Positions 13,465-27,895 of a stretch of 64,000 bases of DNA are shown here, piece after piece (position 1 is the first letter of the stretch; every line of letters starts with the position of its first letter). The notes under the pieces are model-generated. The model did no database searches. It was not told where the DNA came from and saw only the letters and a list, made by a program, of their open reading frames with translations. Both the position numbers and the translations under genes were made by a program. The stretch lies in assembly GCF_009914755.1 (NCBI RefSeq), contig NC_060926.1, one strand, 5' to 3'. The stretch comes from the human T2T-CHM13v2.0 reference genome, Homo sapiens.

Positions 13465-13566
13465 AAATATTTTCTCTCATTGTGTGAACTGTCTTTTCAT
13501 TCTCTTGATATTGTCCTTTGATGCACATATTTAAAAAATTCTTTTTTTTGTAGTTTTGTACAAGTA

Positions 13567-13833
13567 TTTATTATTATTATTATTATTATACTTTAAGTTT
13601 TAGGGTACATGTGCACAACGTGCAGGTTTGTTACATATGTATACATGTGTCATGTTGGTGTGCTGCACCCATTAACTCGTCATTTAGCATTAGGTATATC
13701 TCCTAATGCTATCCCTTCCCCCTCCCCCCACCCCACAACAGGCCCCGGTGTGTGATGTTCCCTTTCCTGTGTCCATGTGTTCTCATTGTTCAATTCCCAC
13801 CTATGAGTGAGAACATGCGGTGTTTGTTTTTTT
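13567..13833 (-). mobile_element. Young L1PA (PA2-4-like) 3'UTR, heavily truncated
   Basis: Near-consensus TATACTTTAAGTTTTAGGGTACATGTGCACAACGTGCAGG...GAGAACATGCGGTG. Confidence 0.95.
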
Positions 13834-14015
13834 TATGAATCTCAAATTGTTTATTTTTTCTTTGTTTAAGTTTTGGTGTCATACTTAAGAATTTATTGTC
13901 TAATATGAGGTCATGAAGATTTTTCACTTTTTTTTTTCTAAGACTTTTAGCACTTAAGTTTAGATCTTTTTAGCAATTTTGAGTTAAGTTTTGTATATGG
14001 TGAAACGTAAGGGTC

Positions 14016-14418
14016 TGTTCTAGTCAGTTCTCACACTGCTCTAAAGAAATACCTGGGACTGGGTAATTTGTAAAGAAAAGAGGTTTAATTGGGTCACAGT
14101 TCTGCAGGGTGTACAGAAAACATGGCGGCATCTGCTCAGCTTCTGGTGATGCCTCAGGAAACTTAAAATCATAGCAGAAGTTGAAGGGGAAGCCACCACT
14201 TCACACGGCCAGAGCAGGAGAAAGAAAGAGTGGAGGTGAGGTGTCCCACACTTTTAAATAACCACATCTCACAAGAACTCACTCATTATCACAAGAACAG
14301 CACCAAGAGGGCTATCTGCCCTGATTATTCAATCACCTCCCACCAGGCCTCTCTTCCAATGTTGGGGATTACAATTCAACATGAGATTTAGGTGGAGACA
14401 AAAATTTAAGCCATATCA
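14016..14418 (-). mobile_element. MSTA/MSTB-type MaLR solo LTR
   Basis: TG...CA ends, CTAAAGAAATACCTGGGACTGGGTAATT motif, 5-bp TSD GGGTC/GGGTT. Confidence 0.88.
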
Positions 14419-15163
14419 GGGTTTAACTTCATTCATTGGCATGTGAATATTCAGTCTCCTCAGAAACTTTTGTTGAAAAGAATGTACTTTCCCAATTATA
14501 TGGTCTTCCCACCTTGTTGAAACTCAGCGACGTATGTGCAGATTATTACTAAGCCATCTACTCTGTTTCAATGGTCCATATGTGTACTTTATGCCAGTAT
14601 CACATTGTTTATATTACTATAGCTTTATGTTGATTTTGGGGATCGGGCAGTGTGAATCCTACAAGTTTGCTATTTTTATTTCAAAATTGTTTTAGCTACT
14701 CACAGTTTCTGGGGATTTCATATGAATTGTAAGATTTTTTTTTTTTATTTCTGTAAGAAACACCTTCGGGTTTTTCACTGGGATTGAATCTACAATATTA
14801 CATCTTCCAATCCATGAACACAGGTGTCTTTCCATCTGTTTAGGTCTTCAAATTCTTTCAGCAATCTTTTGTAGTTTTCAGTTTGTAAGTCTTTCTCCTC
14901 CTTGGTTATGTTCATTCCTAAGCATTTCATTCTTTTTCGTTGTTATTTTATTTTACATTTTTAACTTTTGTTTTACTTTCAGGGGTACATGTGCAGGTTT
15001 CTTATATAGATAAATTGCATATCACAGGAGTTTGGCATATAGATTGTTTCATCACCCAGATAATAAGCACGGTACTTGATACGCAGTTTTTTGATCCTCT
15101 CCTCTCAAGTAGACCCTGGTGCCTGTTGTTCACTTCTTGTTGTCCCTGTGTCCTCAATGTTTA

Positions 15164-15474
<311 letters not shown>

Positions 15475-15613
15475 CATTTGTTCTCAATGTTTAGATCTCA
15501 CTTATAAGTGAGAATATGTGATGTTTGGTTTTCTGTTGCTGTGTAGTTCGCTTAGAATAGTGGCCTCCAGCTGCATCAATGAGGCTGCAAAGGACGTGAT
15601 ATTCTTTTTATGA

Positions 15614-15974
<361 letters not shown>

Positions 15975-18900
15975 TACATTTTCTTTATAACATTTCCTTT
16001 ATCCAGTCTACCATTGACGGGCATTTAGGTTGACTTCATGTCTGCTATTGTGAATAGTGCTGTGATAAACTTATGCATGCATGTCTCTTTATGCTAGAAT
16101 AATTTGTATTTCTTTGGGTATATACCCAATAATAACATTGCTCAATCAAATGGTTATTGTAAGTTATTTTAGAAACCTTCAAATTACTTTTCAGTGGGGC
16201 TGAACTAATTTACATTCCCACCAGTGTTCCCTTTTCTCTACAACCTCAATGGCATCTGTTATTTTTTGATTTTTAATAGCCATTTTGACTGGTGTAAGAT
16301 GGTATCTCATTGTGGTTTTGATATGCATTCCTCTAATGATTAGTAATACTGAGCATTTTTTGATAAGCTTCTTAGCTGCATGTATGTCTTCTTTTGAAGG
16401 GCCTATTCATGTCCTTTGCCCACTTTTTAATTGGGTTGTTTAATTTGTACTGGTTAATTTGTTTAGTTTGTTATAGATTCTTTATATTAGATTTTTGTCA
16501 GATGTATAGTTTGCAAATATTTACTCCCATTCTGTAGGTTGTCTGCTTACTCTGATTATAGTTTCTATTGCTGTACAGAAGCTCTTTGGTTTAATTAGGT
16601 CTCATTTGTAAATTTTAACGTTCATCGCAATTCTTTTGGCATCTTTGTCATGAAGTCTTTTCCAGGGCCTATGTCCAGAATGGTATTTCACAGGTTGTCT
16701 GAGAGACTTTTTTATAGTGTTAGGTTTTACATTTAATACATCCTCAATTGATTTTTGTAAAAGGCATAAGGAAGGTGTCCAGTTTCAATCTTCTGCATAT
16801 GGCTAGCCAGTTATCCCAGGATCATGTATTGAATAGGAAGGCCTTTCCCCATTTCCTGTTTTGGTCACCTTTATTGATGGTCAGATGGTTCTAAGTGTGT
16901 GGCTTTATTTCTGAGCTTTCTGTTCTGTTCCACTGGTGTATGTGTCTATTTGTGTACGAGTACCATGCTTTTTTGATTACTGCAGCCTTGCAGTATAGTT
17001 TGAAATCAGGTAACATGATGCCTCCAGATTTGCTCTTTTTTCTTAGGATTGCCTTGGCTACTTGGGCTCTTTTTTTGGTTCCATTTGAATTTTAAGAGAT
17101 TTTTTTCTAATTCTGTGAAGAATGTAATTGGTACTTTGATAGGAATAGCATTGAATCTATAAATGACTTTGGTAGTATGGCCATTTTAACAATGATGATT
17201 TTTCCTATTCATGAGCATGGAATGTTTCCCCATTTTTGTGTGTGTCGTCTCTGATTTCTTTGAGCAGTGCTTTGTAATTCTCATTGTAGAGATCTTTTAC
17301 CTCTTTGGTTAGCTGTATTGTTAGGTATGTTATTCTTTCTGTGGCTATTGTGAATGGGATTATATTTTATGTTTGTCTCTCAGGTTGGATATAGTTGGTA
17401 TATAGGAATGTTACTGGTTTTTGTACGTTGATTTTGTACCCTGAAATTTAGCCTAAGTTGTCTATTAGAAGAAGGAGATTTTGGGCAGAGACTATGGGTT
17501 TTCTAAGTGTTAAATCATATTGTCTGCAAACAGAAATAGTATGACTTCTTCTCTTTTTATTTCAATGTTTTAATTTTTTTCTCTTGCCTTATTACTCTGG
17601 CTTGGATTTCCAGTCTATGGTAAATAGGAGTGGTGAAAGAGGGTATCCTTGTCTTGAGCCAGTTTTCAAGAAGAATGCTCCCAGCTTTTGCTCATTCTGT
17701 AAGATGTTGGCTGTGGGTTTTCCATAGATGGCTCTTATTATTTTGAGGTATGTTCCTTTGATGCTTAGTTTGTTGAGGGTTTTTAACATAAAGAGATGCT
17801 GAATTTTATAAAAAGCCTTTTTTGCATCTATTGAGATGATCATGTGGTTTTCATTTTTAGTTCTGTTTACATGGTGAATCTCATTTATTGATTTGTATAT
17901 GTTGAACCTACCTTGCATCCCAGAGATAAAGCCTACTTGATTGTGGTAGATATGAGTTTGAGGGAATTTTCATGGACAATATCCTAAAAATATGCTTTCC
18001 ACGTTGTTGTTTTCTTCCCCTCTCTTTCAGGGGTGCCAATAAGTCATATATTTGATCTCTTTACATAATGTCATATTTCCTGGAGGTTTCATTCATTCTG
18101 TTTTATTATTTTTTCTTTATTTATGTCTGACTGAGGTAGTTTGGAGTACCAGTCTTTGAGCTCTGAGCATTCTTTACAAAACATATTCAAACATATTTAC
18201 TTTTTACTTTTTTTAATTTTTAATTTTCATGGATTCATAGTAGGTATACATATTTTTGGTATACATAAGATGTTTTGACCCAGGCACCCAATGTGAAATA
18301 ATCACATAACAAAGAATGGGGTGTTTATTCCTACAACCATTCATGCTTTATGTTACAAACAATCCAACTATTTTTTTTTAGTTATTTTTAAATGTACAAC
18401 TAAGATTTTTGGCTATATTCACTCTGTTGTGTGATCAAATAGTATGTCTTATTCATCCTTTTTTTTTTCCCCGCATTCACGAGCTCCACCCCCCACCACC
18501 CACCATCCTTCCCAGCCTCTGGTAACCATTCATCTACTCTCTTCGTCAATGAGATTAATTGTTTTGATTTTTAGATCCCACAAATAAGTGAGAATATGTG
18601 ATGTTTGTCTTTCTGTGCCTGGTGTATTTCACTTAATATAACGATCTTCAGTTCCATCCCTGTTGTTTCAAATGATAGAATCTCATTCTTTTTCATGGCT
18701 GAATAGAACTCTATTGCGTATATATACCATTTATCCATTCATCTGTTGATGGACACTTAGGTTCCTTCCAAATCTTAGCTATTGTGAAAAGTACTGCAAC
18801 AAACATGGGTGTACAGTTATCTCTTTATTATACTGATATCCTTTCTTTTGGCTATATACCTAGCAATGAGATTGGCTGGATCACATGGTAGCTCAATTTT

Positions 18901-20610
18901 TAATTTGTTGAGTAACCTCTAAAAGGTTCTCCATAGTGGTAGTACTGATTTAAGCACCTTTTCATTGGTATCCTTGTCACTTATATGCTTTATTTGGAAA
19001 AATATCTGTTTACATGTTTTGTCCATTTTTGATTGTATTATCAGAATTTTTCCTGTAGAGTTGTTTGAGCTCCTTATGTACTCTGGATATTAATCCTTTT
19101 TCAGCTGGGCAGTTTGAAAATATTTTCTCTTATCCTGTGGGCTGTCTCTTAGCTTTGTTCATTGTTTCCATTGCTGTGCAGAAGTTTTTTAACTTGATGT
19201 GATCCCATTTATGCACTTTTTCCTTGGTTGACTGTGTGTGGGGGACACTGCTCAAGAAATTTTTGCCAAGGCGATATCCTGAAGATTTTCTCCAATGTTT
19301 TCTTGTAGTAATTTCATAATTTAAGGTTTTAGATTTAAGTCTTCAATACATTTTGGTTTGATTTTTATATATGGTGAGATATAGGGGTCTAAACTTATTA
19401 TTTTACATATGGATATCCAGTTATCTCAGCACCATTTATTAAAGAGACTGTCTTTTCCTCCAGTGTATGTTCTTGAAAACTGTGGTGAAAACGAGTTCAC
19501 TGTAGGCGTGTGGGCTTTTTTCTCAGTCCTTGATGCTGTTCCACTGGTCTATGTGTCTGCTTTAATCCCAGTATCATGCTATTTGGTTTACTGCAGTTCT
19601 GAGGTATGATTTGAATTTAAGTAATGTGATTCCTTCAGTTTTGATCATTTGCTTAGGGTAGCTTTGGCCATTCTGGGTCTTCTGTGATTTCACATGGATT
19701 GTTTTACCTACTTGTGTGAATGATGTCCTTGGTATTTTGACAGGGATTGCATTGAATCTGTAGATTACTTTAGGTAGTATGGACATTTTTATAATATTAA
19801 TTCTTTTGATCTGTAAACATGGAATATCTATCTATCCATTTTATGGTGTTCTCTTCAATTTCTTTCATCAGTGTTTTATAGTGTTTATTATGGAGATATT
19901 TCCATTTGGTTAATTTTAGGTATTTAATTTTATTTGTGGCCATAATAAATTGAATTGATTTTTATTGATTTTTCAAATTGCTCAGTGTTGGCATATGAAA
20001 ATGCTACTTATCTTTGTATGTTGATTTTGTACCTTGAAACTTCACGGAATTTGTTTATCAGTTCTAATAATTTTTTGATGGAGTCTTTAGATTTATCCAA
20101 ATATAAGATATCATCTGCAAACAAGGATGATTTGACTTCTCCCATTCCAGTTTGTATGCCCTTTATTTTTTTTTTCCTCTTGTCTGATTGCTCTAGCTAG
20201 GAATTCCAGTATATGTTGAATAACAGTGGGAAAGGGGGCATCCTTGTCATGTTCCAAATCTTAGGTAAATGGCTTTCAGTTTTTTCCCATTTAGCATAAT
20301 AATAGCTGTGGGGCTGTTGTATATCGCTTTTAATATTTTGAGGTGTCTTTTTTCTATAACCAGTTTTTTAGGATTTTTTAAAATCATGACATGATGTTGA
20401 ATTTTATCAAATTCAGTTTCAACATCAATTGAAATAATTATATGGTTTTTATTCTTCATTCTGTTGATATGATGCATCACATTGATTTAGGTAGTTTCGG
20501 CAATCCTTGCATCCTAGTGATAAATTCCACTTGTTTACAAAGAATGATCTTTCTAATGTATTGTAGAATTCCGTTTCCTAGTGTTTTTTTCAGGATTTTT
20601 GCATCAATAT

Positions 20611-20969
20611 TATATTAGTCTGTTATCACATTGCTGATAAAGATATACCTGACATTGGGTAATTCATAAAGAAAAAAATGTTAAATGGACTCACAGTTCT
20701 ATGTGACTGGGAAAGCCTCACAATCATGGCGGAAAGTAAAAGGTACAACTTACATGGTAACAGACAAGACAGAATAAGAGCTAAGCGAAAGGGGAAACAT
20801 CTTAACAAAACCATCACTTCTCATGAGACTTATTCACTACCAAGAGAACAGTATGGGGGAAACCACCCCCATGATTGAATAATCTCCCACCAGCTGCTCC
20901 CACAACACATAATTATGGGAGCTACAATTCAAGATCAGATTTTGGTGGGGATACAATCAGGTCATATCA
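20611..20969 (-). mobile_element. THE1 (THE1B-like) MaLR solo LTR
   Basis: TTGCTGATAAAGATATACC...GAGACTTATTCACTAC...GGGAGCTACAATTCAAGAT; 5-bp TSD AATAT. Confidence 0.92.
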
Positions 20970-21552
20970 AATATTAATCACAGATATTGGCCTGTAGTTT
21001 CTATTTTTGATGTGTCTTTGTCTGGGTTTGGTATCAGGGTAATATTGGCCTCATAAAAAGAGCTTGGAAGTATTCCCTCCTTCTGTAAATTTTGGAGCTG
21101 TTTGAATATGATTGGTATTTGTCCTTCCTTAAATGTTTGGTAGAATTCATCAGTGAAGCCATCGAGTCCTGGGCTTTTCTTCACTGGGAGATGTCTTATT
21201 ATGGCTTCATTTTCATTATTTGTTGTTGGTCTGTTCAGGTTTTGGATTTCTTCATGGTTTAATCTTGGTAGGTTGTATGAGTCTAGTAATTTGTCTATTT
21301 CTTCTAGATTTTCTAACTTATTGGCATATAGTTGCACATAGTAGCCAGTAATAATCATTTGGATTTCTACTGTATCAATTGTAATGCCTACTTTTTCATG
21401 TCTTGTTTTATTTATTTGGATCTTCTCTCTTTTTTTTTTTTCATAGAGGGTCTGGCTAAAGGTTTGTCAGTTTTGTTTAACTTTTCAAAAAACAAACTTC
21501 TGTTTCATTTTTTTGTATTTTTTTATTTGAAATTCATTTATTTCTTCTCCAA

Positions 21553-22766
21553 TTTTTTTATTATACTTTTAAGTTCTAGGGTACATGTGCACAACGTGCA
21601 TATGTATACATGCGCCATGTTGGTGTGCTGCACCCATTAACTCGTCATTTACATTAGGTATATCTCCTAATGCTATCCCTCCCCCCTACCCCCACCTCAT
21701 GACTGGCCCCAGTGTGTGATGTTCCCTTTCCTGTGTCCAAGTGTTCTCATTGTTCAATTCCCACCTATGAGTGAGAACATGCAGTGTTTGGTTTTTTTGT
21801 CCTTGTGATGGTTTGCTGAGAATGATGGTTTCCAGCTTCATCCATGTCCCTACAAAGGACAGGAGCTCATCCTTTTTTATGGCTGCATAGTATTCCATGG
21901 TGTATATGTTCCACATTTTCTTAATCCAGTCTATCATTGATGGACATTTGGGCTGGTTCCAAGTCTTTGCTATTGTGGACAGTGCTGCAATAAACATACG
22001 TGTGCATGTGTCTTTATAGTAGCATGATTTATCATTCTTTGGGTATATACCCAGTAATGGGATGGCTGGGTCAAATGGTGTTTCTAGTTCTAGATCCTTG
22101 AGGAATTGCCACACTGTCTTCCACAATGGTTGAACTAGTTTATAGTCCCACCAACAGTGTAAAAGTGTTCCTATTTCTCCACATCCTCTCCAGCACCTGT
22201 TGTTTCCTGACCTTTTAATGACGACCTTTCTAACTGGTGTGAGATGGTATCTTATTGTGGTTTTGATTTGCATTTCTCTGATGACCAGTGATGATGAGCA
22301 TTTTTTCATTTGTCTGTTGGCTGCATACATGTCTTCTTTTGAGAAGTGTCTGTTCATATCCTTTGCCCACTTGTTGATGGGGTTGTTTTTTTTTTCTTGT
22401 AAATTTGTTTGAGTTCTTTGTAGATTCTGGATATTAGCCCTTGGTCAGAAGGATAGAATGCAAAAATGTTCTCCCTTTCTGTAGGTTGCCTATTCACTCT
22501 GATGATAGTATATTTTGCTGTAAAGAAGCTATTTAGTTTAATTAGATCCCATTTGTCAATTTTGGCTTTTGTTGCTGTTGCTTTTGGTGTTTTAGATATG
22601 AAGTCCTTGCCCATGTCTATGTCCTGAATGGTTTTGCCTAGGTTTTCTTCTAGGGTTTTTATGGTTTTAGGTCTAATGTTTAAGTCTTTAATCCATCTTG
22701 AATTAATTTTTGTATAAGGTGTAAGGAAGGGATCCAGTTTCAGCTTTCTACATATGGCTAGCCAGT
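21553..22766 (-). mobile_element. L1PA4-6-type element, 5'-truncated (~1.2 kb)
   Basis: ORFs 22354..22785 and 21686..22357 encode the ORF2p C-terminus ([16 protein letters not shown]) split by one frameshift. Confidence 0.95.
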
Positions 22767-23599
22767 TTTTATTATTTCTTTTCATCTACTAATTTTCGCT
22801 TTGGTTTGCTCTTACTTTTCTGCTTCTTTAAAATGCATTGTTAGATTGTTTATTTGAAGTTTTCTCTGGTGATATGATTTAGTTTCTTTTTATTTTTTGT
22901 GTATCTATTGTATGCTTTTTGACTTGATGTTTCCATGAGGCTTGCAAATACTAACTTAAAACCCTTTACTTTAACTTGATAAAAACTAAACACTATTTGC
23001 ATAAACAAATATGCAAGCAAAAAGAAAACTAATAAAAACTCTATGCCTTAATTTTGTCCCCTACTGTTTAACTTTTTGTTCCTCTATTTATATCTTATTG
23101 TACTGTCTTGAAAAGTTGTTAAACTTATTATGTTTGATTGGTTAATTACTTAGTGTTTGTACTGAGGGTAAGAGTAGTTTACACACTGTAATTGTGGTGT
23201 TAAAGTGTTACAACGATCTGTTTTTCCATGTATTACCATTACAAGTGTGTTTTGTACCTTTAGGTGATTACTTACTGCTCATCACAATCCTTTTCTTTCC
23301 AGTTGAAGTTCTTCTTTTAGCATTTCTTGTAGAACAGATCTGGTGTTGATGAACTCCCTCATCTTTTGTTTGTCTTGGAAAGTCTTTATTTTTCCTTCAC
23401 GTTTGAAGGATATTTTTGCCAGATATACTATTCTAGGATAAGAGATATTTTCTTTCAGTTTAAATACATCATGCCACTCTCTCCTGGACTGTAAACTGCT
23501 GCTAGATGTATTGAAGGTCCATTGTATGATATTTGTTTCTTTTCTCTTCTACTTTTAGGATCTTTATTTATCCTTGACTTCAGGAGCTTGATTATTCAA

Positions 23600-25262
23600 T
23601 GCTTTGCTTATCTAGAAATGTATGAAATTCTCCTTCATTCTTGATAGATATTTTTTTCTGGATACAGGTTCGTAGTTCAGAGGTGTTTTTCTTTCAGAAT
23701 TTAAAATATGTAATCCCGCTGACCCCTGGCCAACATGTGAGAAATTAGTTCTTATTTTTATTGAGAATCTCTTATATGTGTGACAAGTCTTGGTTCTCAT
23801 TCAGCTTTCAAAAGTCTCTTTGTTTTATGATACTAATGATTGCCTATAATGTGTCTCACTGTGTATCTTAAATTGTATTTTGTTTGGAGTTAATTTAATT
23901 TCTTGGATGTGTATAATCATATCTTCCATTAGATTTGTGAACATTTTAGGTATTATTTTCTTGTTTTTCTGCCCCCTTTCTCTTTATCCTATCCTGGGAT
24001 TCTTATAATGCAAATATTGACACCCTTGATGGTATCTCACAAGAACCTCAGGGTCTGTCCATTTTTCTTCAGACATTATTCTTTCCACTCCTCAGACTAG
24101 ATAATTTCTATTGTACTATCTGAAAGTTTGCTGATTCTTTCTTCTGTTTCCTCAAATCTGCTATTGCACCCACCCAGTGAAGTTTTCATTTCAATTCTTG
24201 TAACTTTCAGTTTCTAAATTTCTGCTTGGTTCTTTTGTATAATGAATCTATATATTGATATTTATATTTGTATTTTGATATTTGTATATTGATATTTGTA
24301 ATTTTTTAGACATATATATATAGATATTGTAGCTATATATTGATATTTATATTTTTTAGACAATGTTTTCCTGATTTTTATAGTTGTTTCCAATATTTTC
24401 CTTTATGTCATTGACAATTTTTAAGACAGCTGATTTAACTCTATTTTATGTTGATTTCTGCATCTCAGCTTAGTAGGAATATTTTCTGCCAAATTATTTT
24501 TTCTTGCAGTTGCTCCATATTTCCTGTCTCTCTGTATGTTTGTTGTTGTTGCTTTTGCTGTTGAATCTGGATATTCTGAGTATTATGTTGTCTTAACTCT
24601 AGAAATCTAATCCTCTCAATCCTCAGAAATTGCTGATTTTTCTTGTTTAGAGCTTAAGGTATCTATTTGTCTTTTCCAAACTAGTTTTTTAAAGTGTATA
24701 TTCATTGCTGTATGTGGTCACTGAATTTTCTATTCCATTGTCTCTGCAGTCAGGCAGTGACATGGTGAATATTTCCGTAAATTTCTGGCTCCAAAAATAG
24801 AAAAAAAAAATAGATAAAAGGGCCTGTCTCTTTAATTGCCTCTCAGCTAAGACCCTGCTTTGGTCCATGATTATTAAAAGAATGATTGGCCTCTGTGCCT
24901 TTCTCTTAGTGATGAAGCGCAATGAGCAGCAATTAAAAAACACAACTGTAATTTTTGGAAGACGAGCTCCTTCAGGCCTACCCTGAAACCAGCAAGCCAT
25001 ATCAGGAGCACATGCCATCATTCTCATGGCTTCCTGTTGTAGGGCTACCAGATGGGGTATGATAGTTGCTACACATAATGTGGATAGTCACTAAAGTTTA
25101 CCAAAATATACCAGTGTCTTTTTCAAGCTCTTCCCTGGATACTGCAAGTGCTTTATTATACACCAGAGTCTCAAAATAGTTGCTTTAGACAATTCCTGTT
25201 AGCTCAATTGTTATTGTGGTGACAAATCAGTTTCTAGAGCTTCTTAGTTTTCCATCTTCTTT
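23600..25262 (-). mobile_element. Old L1M ORF1/5' region relic
   Basis: Diverged ORF1-like sequence (GATTCTTTCTTCTG...CAAATCTGCTATTG); ends in TTCCATCTTC, resembling an L1 5' start on -. Confidence 0.6.
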
Positions 25263-25862
25263 GACTTTTGCAGAATTGGGGGTTAACAAAATACTGAAGA
25301 AAAGTAAAAAACAATATTTATTCATTCCAGATTTTTAAAAATTCCTCTCTAGACTGTTCTGCCCATATCTTTGGCACTTATTTAACTATGCAGAAATGAT
25401 GTCAAGGAAAGACAGTTACCAACCCAAACTTTTCTGGAAATAATGGCATCTGAAATAAGCAAATGAAATAAAATACAATTAAAAAATAATTCACTTGTTT
25501 TTAAAAGTGTAGAACATTCTCCAATGTTCAAAATAGTGCCAATTCTACATATATTTATTGTCTGCCTTTATATGTGACACAGAATTAAGTTATTGTGAAA
25601 TCAAAAATAAGCATAACACTATATGCACCATCAATAACTTTCTGATCTACGAAGGATGAGCAGGTGAAATTATGTGCTAGAGAGAAATAAAAAAAATAGA
25701 GTCATGGTTCAGTTCTAAGTCTATCCCTAAAAAGTGCAAATACATTCTTTGTGAGTTTATAATTGCCTCAGGTTCTGTTTCTTTAACTGTTGAATGATCT
25801 CTACAGGTACATGTTAGGCTCAAGATCTAACATTTTATCAATAAAATATTCTGAGTTCAAGG

Positions 25863-26145
<283 letters not shown>

Positions 26146-26959
26146 GAATTCAAGGTTTTTGTCTGGATACAAATTTTACTTGCCTGTTGTGCTACACTCC
26201 ATCTCTCAAATCTCTTCTGAGGTCAGCATTTTTGGAGCTTCTTTCCTAAACACAGACCATCCACTTTTTCCATTTTTTTTTTCAGGAAGAGAAAATATAC
26301 ATAACTTCCAGGTTGAAGAATTGCCCATTCTTTCTTCGTGTTCTGCATCACATCTTTTTAATGAATAGGCTTCCTTCCCAAAGTCAGGGAGAGTAAATGA
26401 ATCTCACTGAGCTATTCTTCTTTGGCTGTAACTTAAAGACTTAATGCACATACTTGCAAGTTGTGTGATAATAGTGTTAAATCAAGGAATTGAATAGTGA
26501 AAAAGAAATCAGTCAGCTGCTTATGTCGTCTTTGCAGTGAGAAACAATTTGACTGATTTTTATTTATATTTTTGTCCATTTATGTAACTGTGTTCTTTTC
26601 TTTCACTTATATGAATGAGCCAGGTGTTTTAGTGTACTGTAGACATAGCCTTGATCATTTGTGTTTTTTTAAAAGGCAAATTTAAATGAAGAAAAATAGA
26701 CAGAGAAAATGGTCAGAGATAACAGGATGAAAGTCATCCAATATAAAACATTCAAACCATACTCTAAAAAATACTAAGTGAGCAACATGTTAAACTTGAA
26801 TGATTTATTAATTTTATCAGGAAACACTTATTTTCTACCATGTTTTGAAATAAAAAATGGCCATTGAGAATATGAAAATAAATATAATGGAATTCTGTTC
26901 CTAGTTAGGTTAAATTTGAAAGTGAAGTGTATTTGTAAGCATTTGAGTACCTGCTGTCT

Positions 26960-27240
26960 TTATGCAATAAATATTTATTGTGCCATGTGTGATGCTGGAT
27001 GCATAAGATAAACACAAAATAAGAGAACAGCAGGTTTTCTCATTATGGAGTTTATAACCTAGATAGAAGAGACTGATAAGACAAGGCCTTATAATAAATT
27101 ATCATGATTGTCATGAAAAATCTGTAGTACCATGTGATCCTTACCTGGCATTAAAAAAAGAGTGAACATCTGAAAATTAGGAAAGATGTCCCTGGGAAAC
27201 AGACATTCAAGCCCAGCCTAAAAATAGCTTACTGAAAAGC
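26960..27240. mobile_element. L2 relic
   Basis: AATAAATATTTATTG...TGCTGGATGC...TCATTATGGAGTTTATAACCTAG. Confidence 0.55.
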
Positions 27241-27382
27241 AGAAGCAAAAGTCAATAGATGGATATTACTGTGAGAGATACTAGGAAGTAAGTACAGAAA
27301 CATTCAGCATTTTCTAATTCACTAAAACAAGCCCTTCAAGTATCAACCTTTGAAATATCTCAATATTAAAATTAATATAGAA

Positions 27383-27895
27383 ATCAATCTACATGTCCAT
27401 GAATGGATGAATAAATGTGGTGTATATATAGACAGTGGCATATTATTCAGCTTTAAAAGGAATAAAATTCTGTCATTTGAAACAACATGGATAAATCTAG
27501 GCACAGAAAGACAAATATTGTATATGTTCTGACTCGTGTGTGGGCTAAAAAAGTTTATCTCATGAAGATAGAGATGAGAATGGTAGTTACCAGAGGTTGG
27601 GAAGGGTAGTGGGGTGGGGGTGTAAAGACAGGTTGGTTAATAGGTACAAAATGTAGTTCAATAGAATAAACAATTTCTAGTGTTCACTTGCAAATTGAAT
27701 GAGTATCATTAACAGTAATTTATTCTGTTTTTAAAAATAGCTAGGGGAGGAGGTCTGGAATGTTCTCAACACAAAGAAGTAAATGCTTGAGGTGATGGAG
27801 GTCCTAAATACCTTCATTTGATTACTGCACATTATATGCATGTTTAAAAATGTCACATGTACCCAATAAATACGTACAATTATTATTTACCCAAA
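27383..27895 (+). mobile_element. L1MA 3' end
   Basis: GATGAATAAATGTGG...TGTCACATGTACCCAATAAA; degenerate TSD AAAA(T/C)TAATATAGAA. Confidence 0.85.

Larger units (their letters stand above)
12330..14940 (-). mobile_element. L1MB-type element hosting three later insertions
   Basis: L1MB 3'UTR (CCCATTAAGCAATAACTC...CCCAGTCCCTGG) and ORF2 resuming after each insert. Confidence 0.85.
18200..23600 (-). mobile_element. L1MA1-3-type element hosting THE1 and L1PA insertions
   Basis: 3'UTR TGTTACAAACAATCCAACTA; ORF 20978..21358(-) [19 protein letters not shown] is L1 ORF2p. Confidence 0.87.

Noticed and set aside
21686-22785. Longest ORFs (223 and 143 aa) as a gene
   Set aside because: They are the frameshifted ORF2p C-terminus of a 5'-truncated L1PA with no promoter or RT domain
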